From: an uncultured Bacteroides sp. | Lineage (GTDB): Bacteria > Bacteroidota > Bacteroidia > Bacteroidales > GCA-2748055 | Reading direction: 5' to 3' | Assembly: GCA_964575865.1 (NCBI GenBank) | Contig: CAZNSZ010000003.1 | Location: 27,266-91,265, forward strand | DNA: 64,000 nucleotides | Shown: piece after piece, positions 56,572 to 64,000 of the stretch | How positions within the stretch are numbered: position 1 is the stretch's first letter | How the letters are laid out: every line of letters begins with the position of its first letter | Made by a program: the position numbers and the translations under genes | The notes under the pieces: generated by a model | Database searches by the model: none | Told to the model about the DNA's origin: nothing | The model's input: the letters and a program-made list of their open reading frames with translations, nothing else

Positions 56572-58281
56572 ATGAAGATGAAGTTCATGAGCCTGTTAAC
56601 AGGGATGGTTTTCCTGGCGATAGCCATCTCCGGTTGCACATCGTCAATGGACGGAAAAGGAGGCGGTGACAATAGACCGAATATCCTGCTCATTGTTGCC
56701 GATGATCTGGGATACAGCGATATCGCCTCTTTCGGGGGCAACATCCATACACCGGTCCTGAGCGGACTGGCGCAGGAAGGGATCTCCTTTTCAAATTTCC
56801 ATGTCCAGCCCACCTGTTCCCCCACCCGGGCATCGTTGCTGACGGGAAACGACAACCATGTGGCGGGCCTGGGGATCATGTCTGAAATGGATTATCCTGA
56901 ACTGAGTGCATTTAACCTGCCTGGCTACCAGGGTTACCTGAGCCAGCAGGTGGTCACCATTCCTGAAGTACTGCGTGAAAACGGATACCACACCTATATG
57001 GTCGGCAAATGGCATCTGGGTGAAGGGCCTGGCAAAGACCCATTTGACAGGGGCTTTGAAGAGACTTTTATCCTCGGAACCGGCGGAGGCAGTCACTGGG
57101 ATGACCAGAGGGCGTTGTCACCCCTGCAGCATATGGATTACACCCGGAACGGCTTACCGGTTGGACTGCCGGAAGATTTTTATTCATCCAGGAATTATAC
57201 CGATTCTCTGATCGCCTTTATCGACAAACATAAAGGCGATCAGAAGCCGTTCTTCTCCTATTTATCCTATACCGCTGTTCACGACCCGCTGCATGCGCCC
57301 GGGGAATATATCGACAAATACAGGGGAAAGTTCGACATGGGATGGGATTCCCTGTGGGTGGAGCGGCTGGAGAACCTTAAATCCCTGGGACTCATTTCAA
57401 AGGATGTATACCGGTTTTCAAAGAACCCTGCCATCCCCGCCTGGGATTCTCTGCCCGGGGACCATCAGAAAGAGCTTTCTAGAAATATGGAAGTCTACGC
57501 GGGTATGCTTGAATACCTGGATATGAGTGTGGGGCGTGTTTTCGAGTACCTGAAAAAAGAAGGGATGTACGATAACACCCTGATCATCTTTATGTCCGAT
57601 AATGGTGCAAACGGCGCCACGGCATCCCTCTATCCCGGAAACGAAGATGGCGCCTATATCAGCACCTTTGATAATTCGCTCGGGAACCGGGGACTGAAAA
57701 ACTCTTACATCGAAACGGGAGCCGGCTGGGCACAGGCATCCTCCTCCCCCTTCCGGTATTTTAAAAGCTTTGCCAGTGAAGGGGGCATCCGGGTTCCCCT
57801 GATCATTAAAATGCCGGGGCAGGCAGTTCATGCCGGTCAGTGGAATCATGGGTTTGTTCATGTTACCGATCTCATGCCGACGGTGCTGGAACTGGCTGAG
57901 ACTCCCTATCCCGACCAGTACAGGGGACGACGCATTCACCCTGCAACAGGCAAATCCATTATCCCGGTTCTTGTGGGAGATTCGGTCACTGTTCACTCGG
58001 GCGACGGATTTGGATGGGAGCTCTTTGAAATGAAAGCCTACATCAAAGGAAATTGGAAACTCCTTCGCTTGCCCGAGCCTATGGGAAGCGGGAACTGGGA
58101 GTTATACGATCTTGAAAATGACCCGGCCGAGGCCACGGACCTATCGGCTCAATTCCCGGAGATAAAAAGGCAGTTGATCGAAGAATGGAACCAGTACGCC
58201 AGTCAAAATGAGGTCCACGATCACAAGGGACACTTTGACGAATTGTACCGGCTCAATTACATGCCCGAAGAAAACGATTGA
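56572..58281 (+). CDS. arylsulfatase (formylglycine-dependent, S1 family)
   Basis: Signal/lipobox AISGC. Motifs NILLIVADDLGYSD and the sulfatase signature CSPTRASLLTG (CxPxR). Confidence 0.85.
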   Translation: MKMKFMSLLTGMVFLAIAISGCTSSMDGKGGGDNRPNILLIVADDLGYSDIASFGGNIHTPVLSGLAQEGISFSNFHVQPTCSPTRASLLTGNDNHVAGLGIMSEMDYPELSAFNLPGYQGYLSQQVVTIPEVLRENGYHTYMVGKWHLGEGPGKDPFDRGFEETFILGTGGGSHWDDQRALSPLQHMDYTRNGLPVGLPEDFYSSRNYTDSLIAFIDKHKGDQKPFFSYLSYTAVHDPLHAPGEYIDKYRGKFDMGWDSLWVERLENLKSLGLISKDVYRFSKNPAIPAWDSLPGDHQKELSRNMEVYAGMLEYLDMSVGRVFEYLKKEGMYDNTLIIFMSDNGANGATASLYPGNEDGAYISTFDNSLGNRGLKNSYIETGAGWAQASSSPFRYFKSFASEGGIRVPLIIKMPGQAVHAGQWNHGFVHVTDLMPTVLELAETPYPDQYRGRRIHPATGKSIIPVLVGDSVTVHSGDGFGWELFEMKAYIKGNWKLLRLPEPMGSGNWELYDLENDPAEATDLSAQFPEIKRQLIEEWNQYASQNEVHDHKGHFDELYRLNYMPEEND

Positions 58282-58442
58282 TTCCGGTCAGGAATTGCTG
58301 AGCCAATTGAATCCATTTTCAGATGTCCCGTAGCCAACGATCAGTTGTGATTTCATTAACGCTTTCTTATAAAACTATTTACGCCAGGGGATGTTTATGT
58401 GTTATTGGTTTTTAACGCTCACAACCGCAAAATCTATAACCG

Positions 58443-58811
58443 ATGGGACTTTCAGCAGGAATTATGATCATCATCATCAGTATCGCTCACATTATCTATG
58501 GTGAGAAGAAACAAATTCCAGAACTTAAAAAAATTACAAGTGATTCCGTAATGATCGGATCATTAAGAATCATGATTTATCAGGGTGGAATCTTGCTGTT
58601 TGCCGTAGGAATCATTCAGGTTTTGGTTTCGGCTTCCCTCATTCAGTTGCCCGGAATTTCAGCTCATATTCCTGCGGGAATAATCCTGATTAACTTTTTC
58701 ACCAGTTTGATAATAGCAGGTTTTCTGCACAGAGAGATCTTTAAAATCACCCTTCCTCAATTTGTTATCTTCGCTATCATTATCGTTTTGCAACTCCTAT
58801 CCCTGAAATGA
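58443..58811 (+). CDS. small 4-TM membrane protein, unknown function
   Basis: 122 aa, almost entirely hydrophobic helices. Confidence 0.4.
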   Translation: MGLSAGIMIIIISIAHIIYGEKKQIPELKKITSDSVMIGSLRIMIYQGGILLFAVGIIQVLVSASLIQLPGISAHIPAGIILINFFTSLIIAGFLHREIFKITLPQFVIFAIIIVLQLLSLK

Positions 58812-58988
58812 GCTTATAAATTGCCGTTTTGGCTGCGATTGCAGTCCTTGCAATAATTGGCCAGGAATGAAGGAAAAAAGGCTTGTTTGCATCACATTTT
58901 AGACAGTTTTATTAACTTTTATGCTTTGGCATCCGGGGAGCTGTGTTTTATTATCAGATCGCCAGCCGGTTAATCATATTCATTCAAC

Positions 58989-61520
58989 ATGAAAAGACAA
59001 ACATTTTTCGCAATTATCGTACTGCTGTCGGCGGCATGCAATGATGGTTCGAGTCAGGACCTGAAGCTCAATGAACTTGAATATTTCGAGATGCAGGGCG
59101 TCAATATCCTGGTGTACAGCAACCTTTTCACCGGAGGTTTCAACGACGAGAAGACCGCCGGTATAGAATTGATCCACCATGGGGTAAGGACCGCTCAGGG
59201 CGGTGCGGTGAGACTCTCCAGTACTCCGGAACAATGGGATCTCGTTCCTGCAATACCCACCCGGACGGTGGACCAAGCTTCACAAACCATTGCCTCCGAG
59301 TTGAGGTATGAAGCGTACGATTTTAATTCGCGGGTGGTTGTTACCGCAAAGGGAAAAGGTGTCGAAATATCTGTTTACCTTGACAAACCTGTACCTGATG
59401 CCCTCGAGGGGAATGCCGGATTTAATCTTGAGTTTCTGCCCTCGCAATACTGGGGGAAGACCTACCTGATGGACGGGCGCCCCAACCGGTTTCCCCGCTA
59501 TGTGGCCGGGAACACCATAACGAGGCCCAACAGTGAAAAACCGGAGCAGTACAAGGGGTATGTGACTTCCGATGACCGGGGGACCGGCAGGTTTATCGAT
59601 CCGCTTCCCCTTGAAACAGGCCGCACCATCCTTCTTGCTCCCGAGGAACCGGAACGGCTGGTAAAAATTACCTCCCAGGATGCCGATCTGATGCTTTACG
59701 ACGGCCGTGTACTGGCACAAAACGGCTGGTATGTGGTGCGCAGTCTGCTTCCGGCAGGAAAGACAGGCAGGGTGTTGACCTGGACAGTTGAACCAAATGC
59801 CATTGATGGCTGGATCAGAGAGCCCAATATCGGCTTCTCCCAGGTGGGCTACCTCCCTTCACAGCAAAAAATCTCTGTAATTGAACTGGACAAGAAAGAT
59901 ACCCCCCTTTCAAAGGCTTCGGTAGTTCAGATTGGCAGCGACGGAAAAGCAACGGAAGTTTTCAGTGGCAATATCACACCGTGGGGTGACTATTATAAAT
60001 ACCACTATGTGAAGTTTGATTTTTCTTCAGTCACTTCACCCGGAATATATTTTATCCAGTATGGCGACTTCAAAACCAATAACTTCATCATAGATAACAA
60101 TGTGTACGACTGGATCACCGACGCCACCAGTGATATATGGATCCCGATCCATATGAATCACATGTTTGTGAACGAGGCTTACCGGGTGTGGCACGGCGAA
60201 CCTTTTAAGGAAGGGTACCTCCAGGCTCCGCCGAACACCGATCACTTCGACCTTCATGGCCAGGGTCCGACAACCGATACCGAGTATGAGGCGCTGGAAA
60301 CGATCCCCGGTTTAAACATCGGCGGGTTTTTTGATGCCGGAGATTTTGATATCGAGACAGGATCGAACATTTTCGTGGTGGAGAACCTGGTCCAGACATG
60401 GGAATACTTCAAACCCCTGCGCGATCAGACCTATGTCAATGAGGATCAACGTTATGTGGATCTTCACCGTCCCGATGGGACACCGGATATACTGCAGTAT
60501 ATCGAACATGGAACAATGAACCTGGTGGCTCAGGCAGAGATCATCGGCCATATGGCCCAAACGCTCTCCAACGCTGTGCTCGACAATTACCATCACCTGG
60601 GTGATGCAGCCTCGATTACGGACGGGCTTCCATACAATCCGGACCTCGGTCCCTACGAAGTTGCACCGGACGGCCGTTCGAGCGGGGTGAAGGATGATAT
60701 GTGGGCTTTCACCACCCGCAATCCCGGCCTCGACCTCAGGGCAGCAGCGATGTTTGCCTCTGCAAGCCGGGTGCTGAAAGGATATAACGACGATCTGGCG
60801 GATCGGGCATTGCACCAATCGAAAAGACTGCTGCAGGAGGCCACGGAATTACTTGCCGATCAGCCGCAGGATCGCCCCGGCAGGTGGGGACGATCGGCAG
60901 ATGTATCCACCAACCTTCAACTTTACATTACAACCGGGGAACTGCAGTATGCCGATAAATTTAAGGAACTTCTATGGCCGGCGCTGGAGCGCAATCTAAG
61001 TTACGTTATTCTGACTGCGCTACATGCCATACCACACATGGATGCTTCCTATAAAGAGAAACTCCGGCCTTATGTATTTAATTACAAAGAATATATCCAA
61101 GAGCTCGAAAAGGATAATCCCTATGGAGTCCCCATCGGTCTTGGCAACTGGGCCGGAGGCGGAAGTATTGTAAGCTTTGGAACCACCATTTGCTTTGCAA
61201 ACTCCTACTTTCCAGATATCATCGATGCCCGCCACGCGTTCAAAACAACCAGCTGGCTGTTCGGATGCCATCCTTACCACAATTATTCCCTGGTTGCCAC
61301 AGTGGGCGCTGCACGCCCAAAAGAGGTCTTCTATGGCAACAACAGGGCGGATTTCTCATTTATTCCGGGCAATGTGGCTCCGGGAATCCTTTTCCGGAAA
61401 CCCGATCACTTTGAAAACTACGACGACTGGCCATTCCTCTGGGGTCAGAACGAAGGTACGATCGGTGGAAATACCAGTTATCTGATCTTTGGGTCTGCCT
61501 TTAAGGAGCTGATAAAATAA
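58989..61520 (+). CDS. glycoside hydrolase family 9-like protein with N-terminal Ig-like (CelD_N-type) region
   Basis: Lipoprotein-like signal LLSAAC. FDFSSVTSPGIYFIQ is the Ig-like domain pattern. NIGGFFDAGDFDIE matches the GH9 DAGD catalytic motif. The C-terminal QNEGTIGGNTSY resembles the GH9 catalytic Glu region. Confidence 0.55.
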   Translation: MKRQTFFAIIVLLSAACNDGSSQDLKLNELEYFEMQGVNILVYSNLFTGGFNDEKTAGIELIHHGVRTAQGGAVRLSSTPEQWDLVPAIPTRTVDQASQTIASELRYEAYDFNSRVVVTAKGKGVEISVYLDKPVPDALEGNAGFNLEFLPSQYWGKTYLMDGRPNRFPRYVAGNTITRPNSEKPEQYKGYVTSDDRGTGRFIDPLPLETGRTILLAPEEPERLVKITSQDADLMLYDGRVLAQNGWYVVRSLLPAGKTGRVLTWTVEPNAIDGWIREPNIGFSQVGYLPSQQKISVIELDKKDTPLSKASVVQIGSDGKATEVFSGNITPWGDYYKYHYVKFDFSSVTSPGIYFIQYGDFKTNNFIIDNNVYDWITDATSDIWIPIHMNHMFVNEAYRVWHGEPFKEGYLQAPPNTDHFDLHGQGPTTDTEYEALETIPGLNIGGFFDAGDFDIETGSNIFVVENLVQTWEYFKPLRDQTYVNEDQRYVDLHRPDGTPDILQYIEHGTMNLVAQAEIIGHMAQTLSNAVLDNYHHLGDAASITDGLPYNPDLGPYEVAPDGRSSGVKDDMWAFTTRNPGLDLRAAAMFASASRVLKGYNDDLADRALHQSKRLLQEATELLADQPQDRPGRWGRSADVSTNLQLYITTGELQYADKFKELLWPALERNLSYVILTALHAIPHMDASYKEKLRPYVFNYKEYIQELEKDNPYGVPIGLGNWAGGGSIVSFGTTICFANSYFPDIIDARHAFKTTSWLFGCHPYHNYSLVATVGAARPKEVFYGNNRADFSFIPGNVAPGILFRKPDHFENYDDWPFLWGQNEGTIGGNTSYLIFGSAFKELIK

Positions 61521-61563
61521 GCGGCAGTTGCAGAGTCGTTCTGACAGTGTCAGTTCACAGGAA

Positions 61564-61612
61564 TTATCTATTTTTACTGTATTCCATAATTTTGTTTTAC
61601 AAGGCAGATCGA
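61564..61612 (-). repeat. probable degenerate fourth copy of the ssb 5'-region repeat
   Basis: TACTGTATTCCATAAT aligns with copy C TACTCCGTATTTCATAAT (15 of 16 nt, allowing a 2-nt gap). TTTGTTTTACAAGG aligns with TTTGGTTACAGG. The minus strand gives ATG GAA TAC AGT AAA AAT AGA TAA (MEYSKNR*, compare MKYGVNR). Confidence 0.35.
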
Positions 61613-62002
61613 CACAGTAGTGGCAAAATTCGGGGCATACCAGATCATTCCTGATGAACGGCTTGTATTGGAGATTCATTCAGGGAGCAGTGGCAGACTG
61701 GCTCAATAAAAGGAACATAGACAAGGCCTATCTCACTGGAAAATTCAGCCAATTGAAAAGCAAACCTGGTAACTTTTATATTCCGTCTGAAGTTGTGTAA
61801 TGCCGGCATCAAATAATTCCTGCAAAATGGATCAAACGCTCCACCCGGAACAGAAAAACCGTCAAAACGATGTGAAAACGACCCTATCCCAGTTGTGGAT
61901 CGTGGTGATGTTGAACATGGTTTTTGCAGATATCTACTCCATTATGGTCATCCTCGTCACCGGCCAGGCTCCGGAAGATGCCCGTTAGAAAGGAGAAAGA
62001 AA

Positions 62003-63043
62003 ATGAGAGCCATTATCTACGATCAATTCAGGGGCCCGTTGCAAATCCGGAACGTTCCCGATCCCGTTCCCGAACCCCATGGCGTGGTGGTCAGGGTGAA
62101 GGCCACCGGGCTGTGCCGAAGCGACTGGCATGGATGGATGGGACATGACCCGGACATAACCCTGCCCCATGTGCCCGGGCATGAACTGGCCGGAGTGATC
62201 GAATCTGTCGGGAAGGAGGTCCGGAAATTCAGACCCGGAGAAAGGGTGACTGTCCCGTTCGTATGCGGGTGTGGCGCCTGTGTTCAGTGCCTCTCTGGGA
62301 ACCACCAGGTATGCGATCACCAGTCACAGCCTGGATTCACCCACTGGGGCTCCTTTGCAGAATACGTGAGGCTGGATCATGCCGACACCAACCTGGTTCC
62401 GCTTCCTGATGAGATGGAAGATGCCACAGCCGCCTCGCTGGGCTGCCGGTTCATTACCTCCTTCAGGGCGATCGTGGATCAGGCCGGGGTGTGTGGCGGA
62501 CAGTCTGTGGTGGTGCATGGTTGCGGCGGGGTCGGACTCTCCGCCGTGATGATCGCAGCTGCGCTGGGAGCCAGGGTGGTTGCGGTGGATATCCGGGATG
62601 AAAACCTTTCCCTGGCAAGGGAAGTGGGAGCATCTGAAACGATCAATGCCACCGGTGATGACCACATCATCGACCGGGTCAAAACACTTACCGGGGGCGG
62701 GGCCCATGTATCCATCGATGCACTTGGAAGCCAGGAGACCTGCTTCAACTCCATCGCCGGTTTGAGGAAGCGTGGGAAGCACATACAGGTGGGGCTGATG
62801 ACCGGCGACCATCAGCATCCAAAGGTCCCCATGGACAAAGTGATCGCCAATGAGCTGGAAATCATCGGAAGTCATGGGATGCAGGCATTCAGGTACCCGG
62901 AGATGCTCGAGATGATCCTGAGCCGGAAAATGGATCCTGCCCTGCTCATTCAAAAAACCATCTCGCTCGAAGAGGCGGTCCGGGCCCTTCCGCTCATGGA
63001 CCAGTTTGAGCATACGGGCATGCTGGTGATCAATTCATTCTAA
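62003..63043 (+). CDS. zinc-dependent alcohol dehydrogenase family oxidoreductase
   Basis: GLCRSDWH and [12 protein letters not shown] zinc site, structural zinc CGCGACVQC, and [10 protein letters not shown] Rossmann motif. An AGGAGA RBS-like sequence precedes ATG 62003. Confidence 0.85.
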   Translation: MRAIIYDQFRGPLQIRNVPDPVPEPHGVVVRVKATGLCRSDWHGWMGHDPDITLPHVPGHELAGVIESVGKEVRKFRPGERVTVPFVCGCGACVQCLSGNHQVCDHQSQPGFTHWGSFAEYVRLDHADTNLVPLPDEMEDATAASLGCRFITSFRAIVDQAGVCGGQSVVVHGCGGVGLSAVMIAAALGARVVAVDIRDENLSLAREVGASETINATGDDHIIDRVKTLTGGGAHVSIDALGSQETCFNSIAGLRKRGKHIQVGLMTGDHQHPKVPMDKVIANELEIIGSHGMQAFRYPEMLEMILSRKMDPALLIQKTISLEEAVRALPLMDQFEHTGMLVINSF

Positions 63044-63077
63044 TTGAAAAACAGAGAACCATACCCACAGACCGAAC

Positions 63078-64000
63078 ATGCGCTATAAAAGCATCCTGTT
63101 GCTCCCAGCCATTTCCCTGGCATTGTATCTCCCGCTTTTCTCGCAAACACCGGAATTCGAAAATCCGATCGCGGAACAGCGGGCCGATCCCTGGGTGCAC
63201 AGGTCCGGGGACGGGACCTATTACCTGGTGGCCACTGTTCCCGAATACGACCGCATCGTGATCAGGAGGGCGGGCAGCATCAACGGATTGAAAAATGCAA
63301 CGGAAAAAACCATATGGGTAAAACACGAAACCGGGGTGATGGGACATCACATCTGGGCTCCCGAACTGCACCGGATTAACGGAACCTGGTACATCTATTT
63401 TGCCGCAGGCGAGGCAGAAAACATCTGGAACATCCGAATGTGGGTACTTTCCAATCCGTCAGAGGATCCCATGGAGGGGTCCTGGAAGGAGGAAGGAAGG
63501 ATCGAAACCGCCATTGAATCCTTTTCCCTGGATGCCACCACCTTCGAGCACATGGGGAGAAGGTATCTGATCTGGGCACAGAATGTATCGGGAGGTGAAC
63601 ACGGGACCGCGCTGGTGATCTCGGAGATGAAAGATCCCATCACGCTGACCGGACCGGAGGTGGTGATCTCCGAACCTGACTTCAGCTGGGAGAAGATGAA
63701 ATATCAGGTTAACGAAGGACCTGCGGTGATTAAAAGGGACGGAAGGATTTTCGTGACCTATTCGGCCAGCGCCACCAACCACCACTATTGTATGGGGCTG
63801 CTGTGGACCGATGAAGACGCCGACCTGCTGCACGCATCCAGCTGGAACAAATCCCCGGGACCTGTTTTTTACACCAACGTTGAGTTGATGCGATACGGAC
63901 CTGGTCACAATTCCTTCACCACTGCGGAGGATGGAGAGACGGTGGTCATGATGTATCATGCCAGGGATTACAGGGATATTCAAGGGCACGAACTGTCTGA
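63078..64000 (+). CDS. glycoside hydrolase family 43 protein (3' end beyond window)
   Basis: Open frame with no stop, so it is absent from the ORF track. My translation reads MRYKSILLLPAISLALYLPLFSQ...NPIAEQRADPWVHRSGDGTYYLVATVP...HHIWAPELHRINGTWYIYFAAG...NEGPAVIKRDGRIFVTYSAS, which fits GH43 five-bladed propeller motifs. Confidence 0.75.
   Translation, partial: MRYKSILLLPAISLALYLPLFSQTPEFENPIAEQRADPWVHRSGDGTYYLVATVPEYDRIVIRRAGSINGLKNATEKTIWVKHETGVMGHHIWAPELHRINGTWYIYFAAGEAENIWNIRMWVLSNPSEDPMEGSWKEEGRIETAIESFSLDATTFEHMGRRYLIWAQNVSGGEHGTALVISEMKDPITLTGPEVVISEPDFSWEKMKYQVNEGPAVIKRDGRIFVTYSASATNHHYCMGLLWTDEDADLLHASSWNKSPGPVFYTNVELMRYGPGHNSFTTAEDGETVVMMYHARDYRDIQGHELS

Larger units (their letters stand above)
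52583..61612. mobile_element. composite insertion island at the 5' end of ssb (two TA cassettes + ~7.5 kb AT-richer cargo), no recombinase gene inside
   Basis: Bounded and partitioned by the ssb 5'-region repeats A, B, C and (D). The sequence is visibly more AT-rich than the flanks by eye. Confidence 0.45.

Noticed and set aside
61356-61679. 107-aa minus-strand ORF spanning the GH9 3' end and the intergenic region.
   Set aside because: It overlaps the well-supported GH9-like gene on the opposite strand. It has no motif and is Cys-rich and low-complexity. The only meaningful part is the short ssb-like stub, which is reported separately.
1-64000. Search by eye for CRISPR arrays, rRNA/tRNA genes, transposase or integrase genes, and IS-type terminal inverted repeats.
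   Set aside because: I found no regularly spaced short direct repeats, no cloverleaf-capable intergenic segment of the right size, and no ORF with recombinase or transposase motifs. The absence of tRNAs and small ncRNAs should be confirmed with tRNAscan-SE and Infernal.

Overview
This window looks like a GC-rich Bacteroidota chromosomal segment. The lineage call rests on a T9SS C-terminal sorting domain, ECF-sigma/FecR/STN/CarboxypepD_reg architecture and TAnnTTTG -7 promoter boxes; it is an inference from gene content, with no database search. Positions 1-52.5 kb are mostly housekeeping genes: dnaB (partial), ispE, a carboxyltransferase/BCCP pair, lptF/G-like, tgt, rsmG, rpmH, rluD, ddl, a complete trpEGDCFBA operon, dcp, pcm and gcvP. 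They are interspersed with envelope and signalling genes. I found no rRNA, tRNA or CRISPR array by eye.

Four things seem most worth a second look.

1. The first ~12 codons of ssb plus ~55 nt upstream occur three times in tandem (52.49, 53.2 and 53.9 kb), with a probable degenerate fourth copy at 61.58 kb. The copies are separated by two RelE/ParE toxin-antitoxin cassettes and a ~7.5 kb AT-richer cargo block. The copies keep the peptide MKYGV(N/H)RVTLVG but differ at synonymous positions. This looks like serial site-specific insertion into the 5' end of ssb by recombinase-less cassettes that bring their own replacement 5' end.

2. A trp attenuator sits directly upstream of trpE. It consists of a 19-codon leader peptide with three consecutive Trp codons, followed by an intrinsic terminator. 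The leader is too short to appear in the ORF track.

3. An ECF sigma/FecR pair is followed not by a TonB-dependent transducer but by a 521-aa STN+CarboxypepD_reg protein with no room for a barrel. A paralog lacking the STN domain lies just upstream.

4. A cysteine-rich MerR regulator lies divergent from a tetraheme cytochrome c / NrfC-like / NrfD-like / DUF2339-like operon that has no catalytic subunit.

All product calls come from motifs I recognise in the translations. No searches were run, and start codons are often uncertain.
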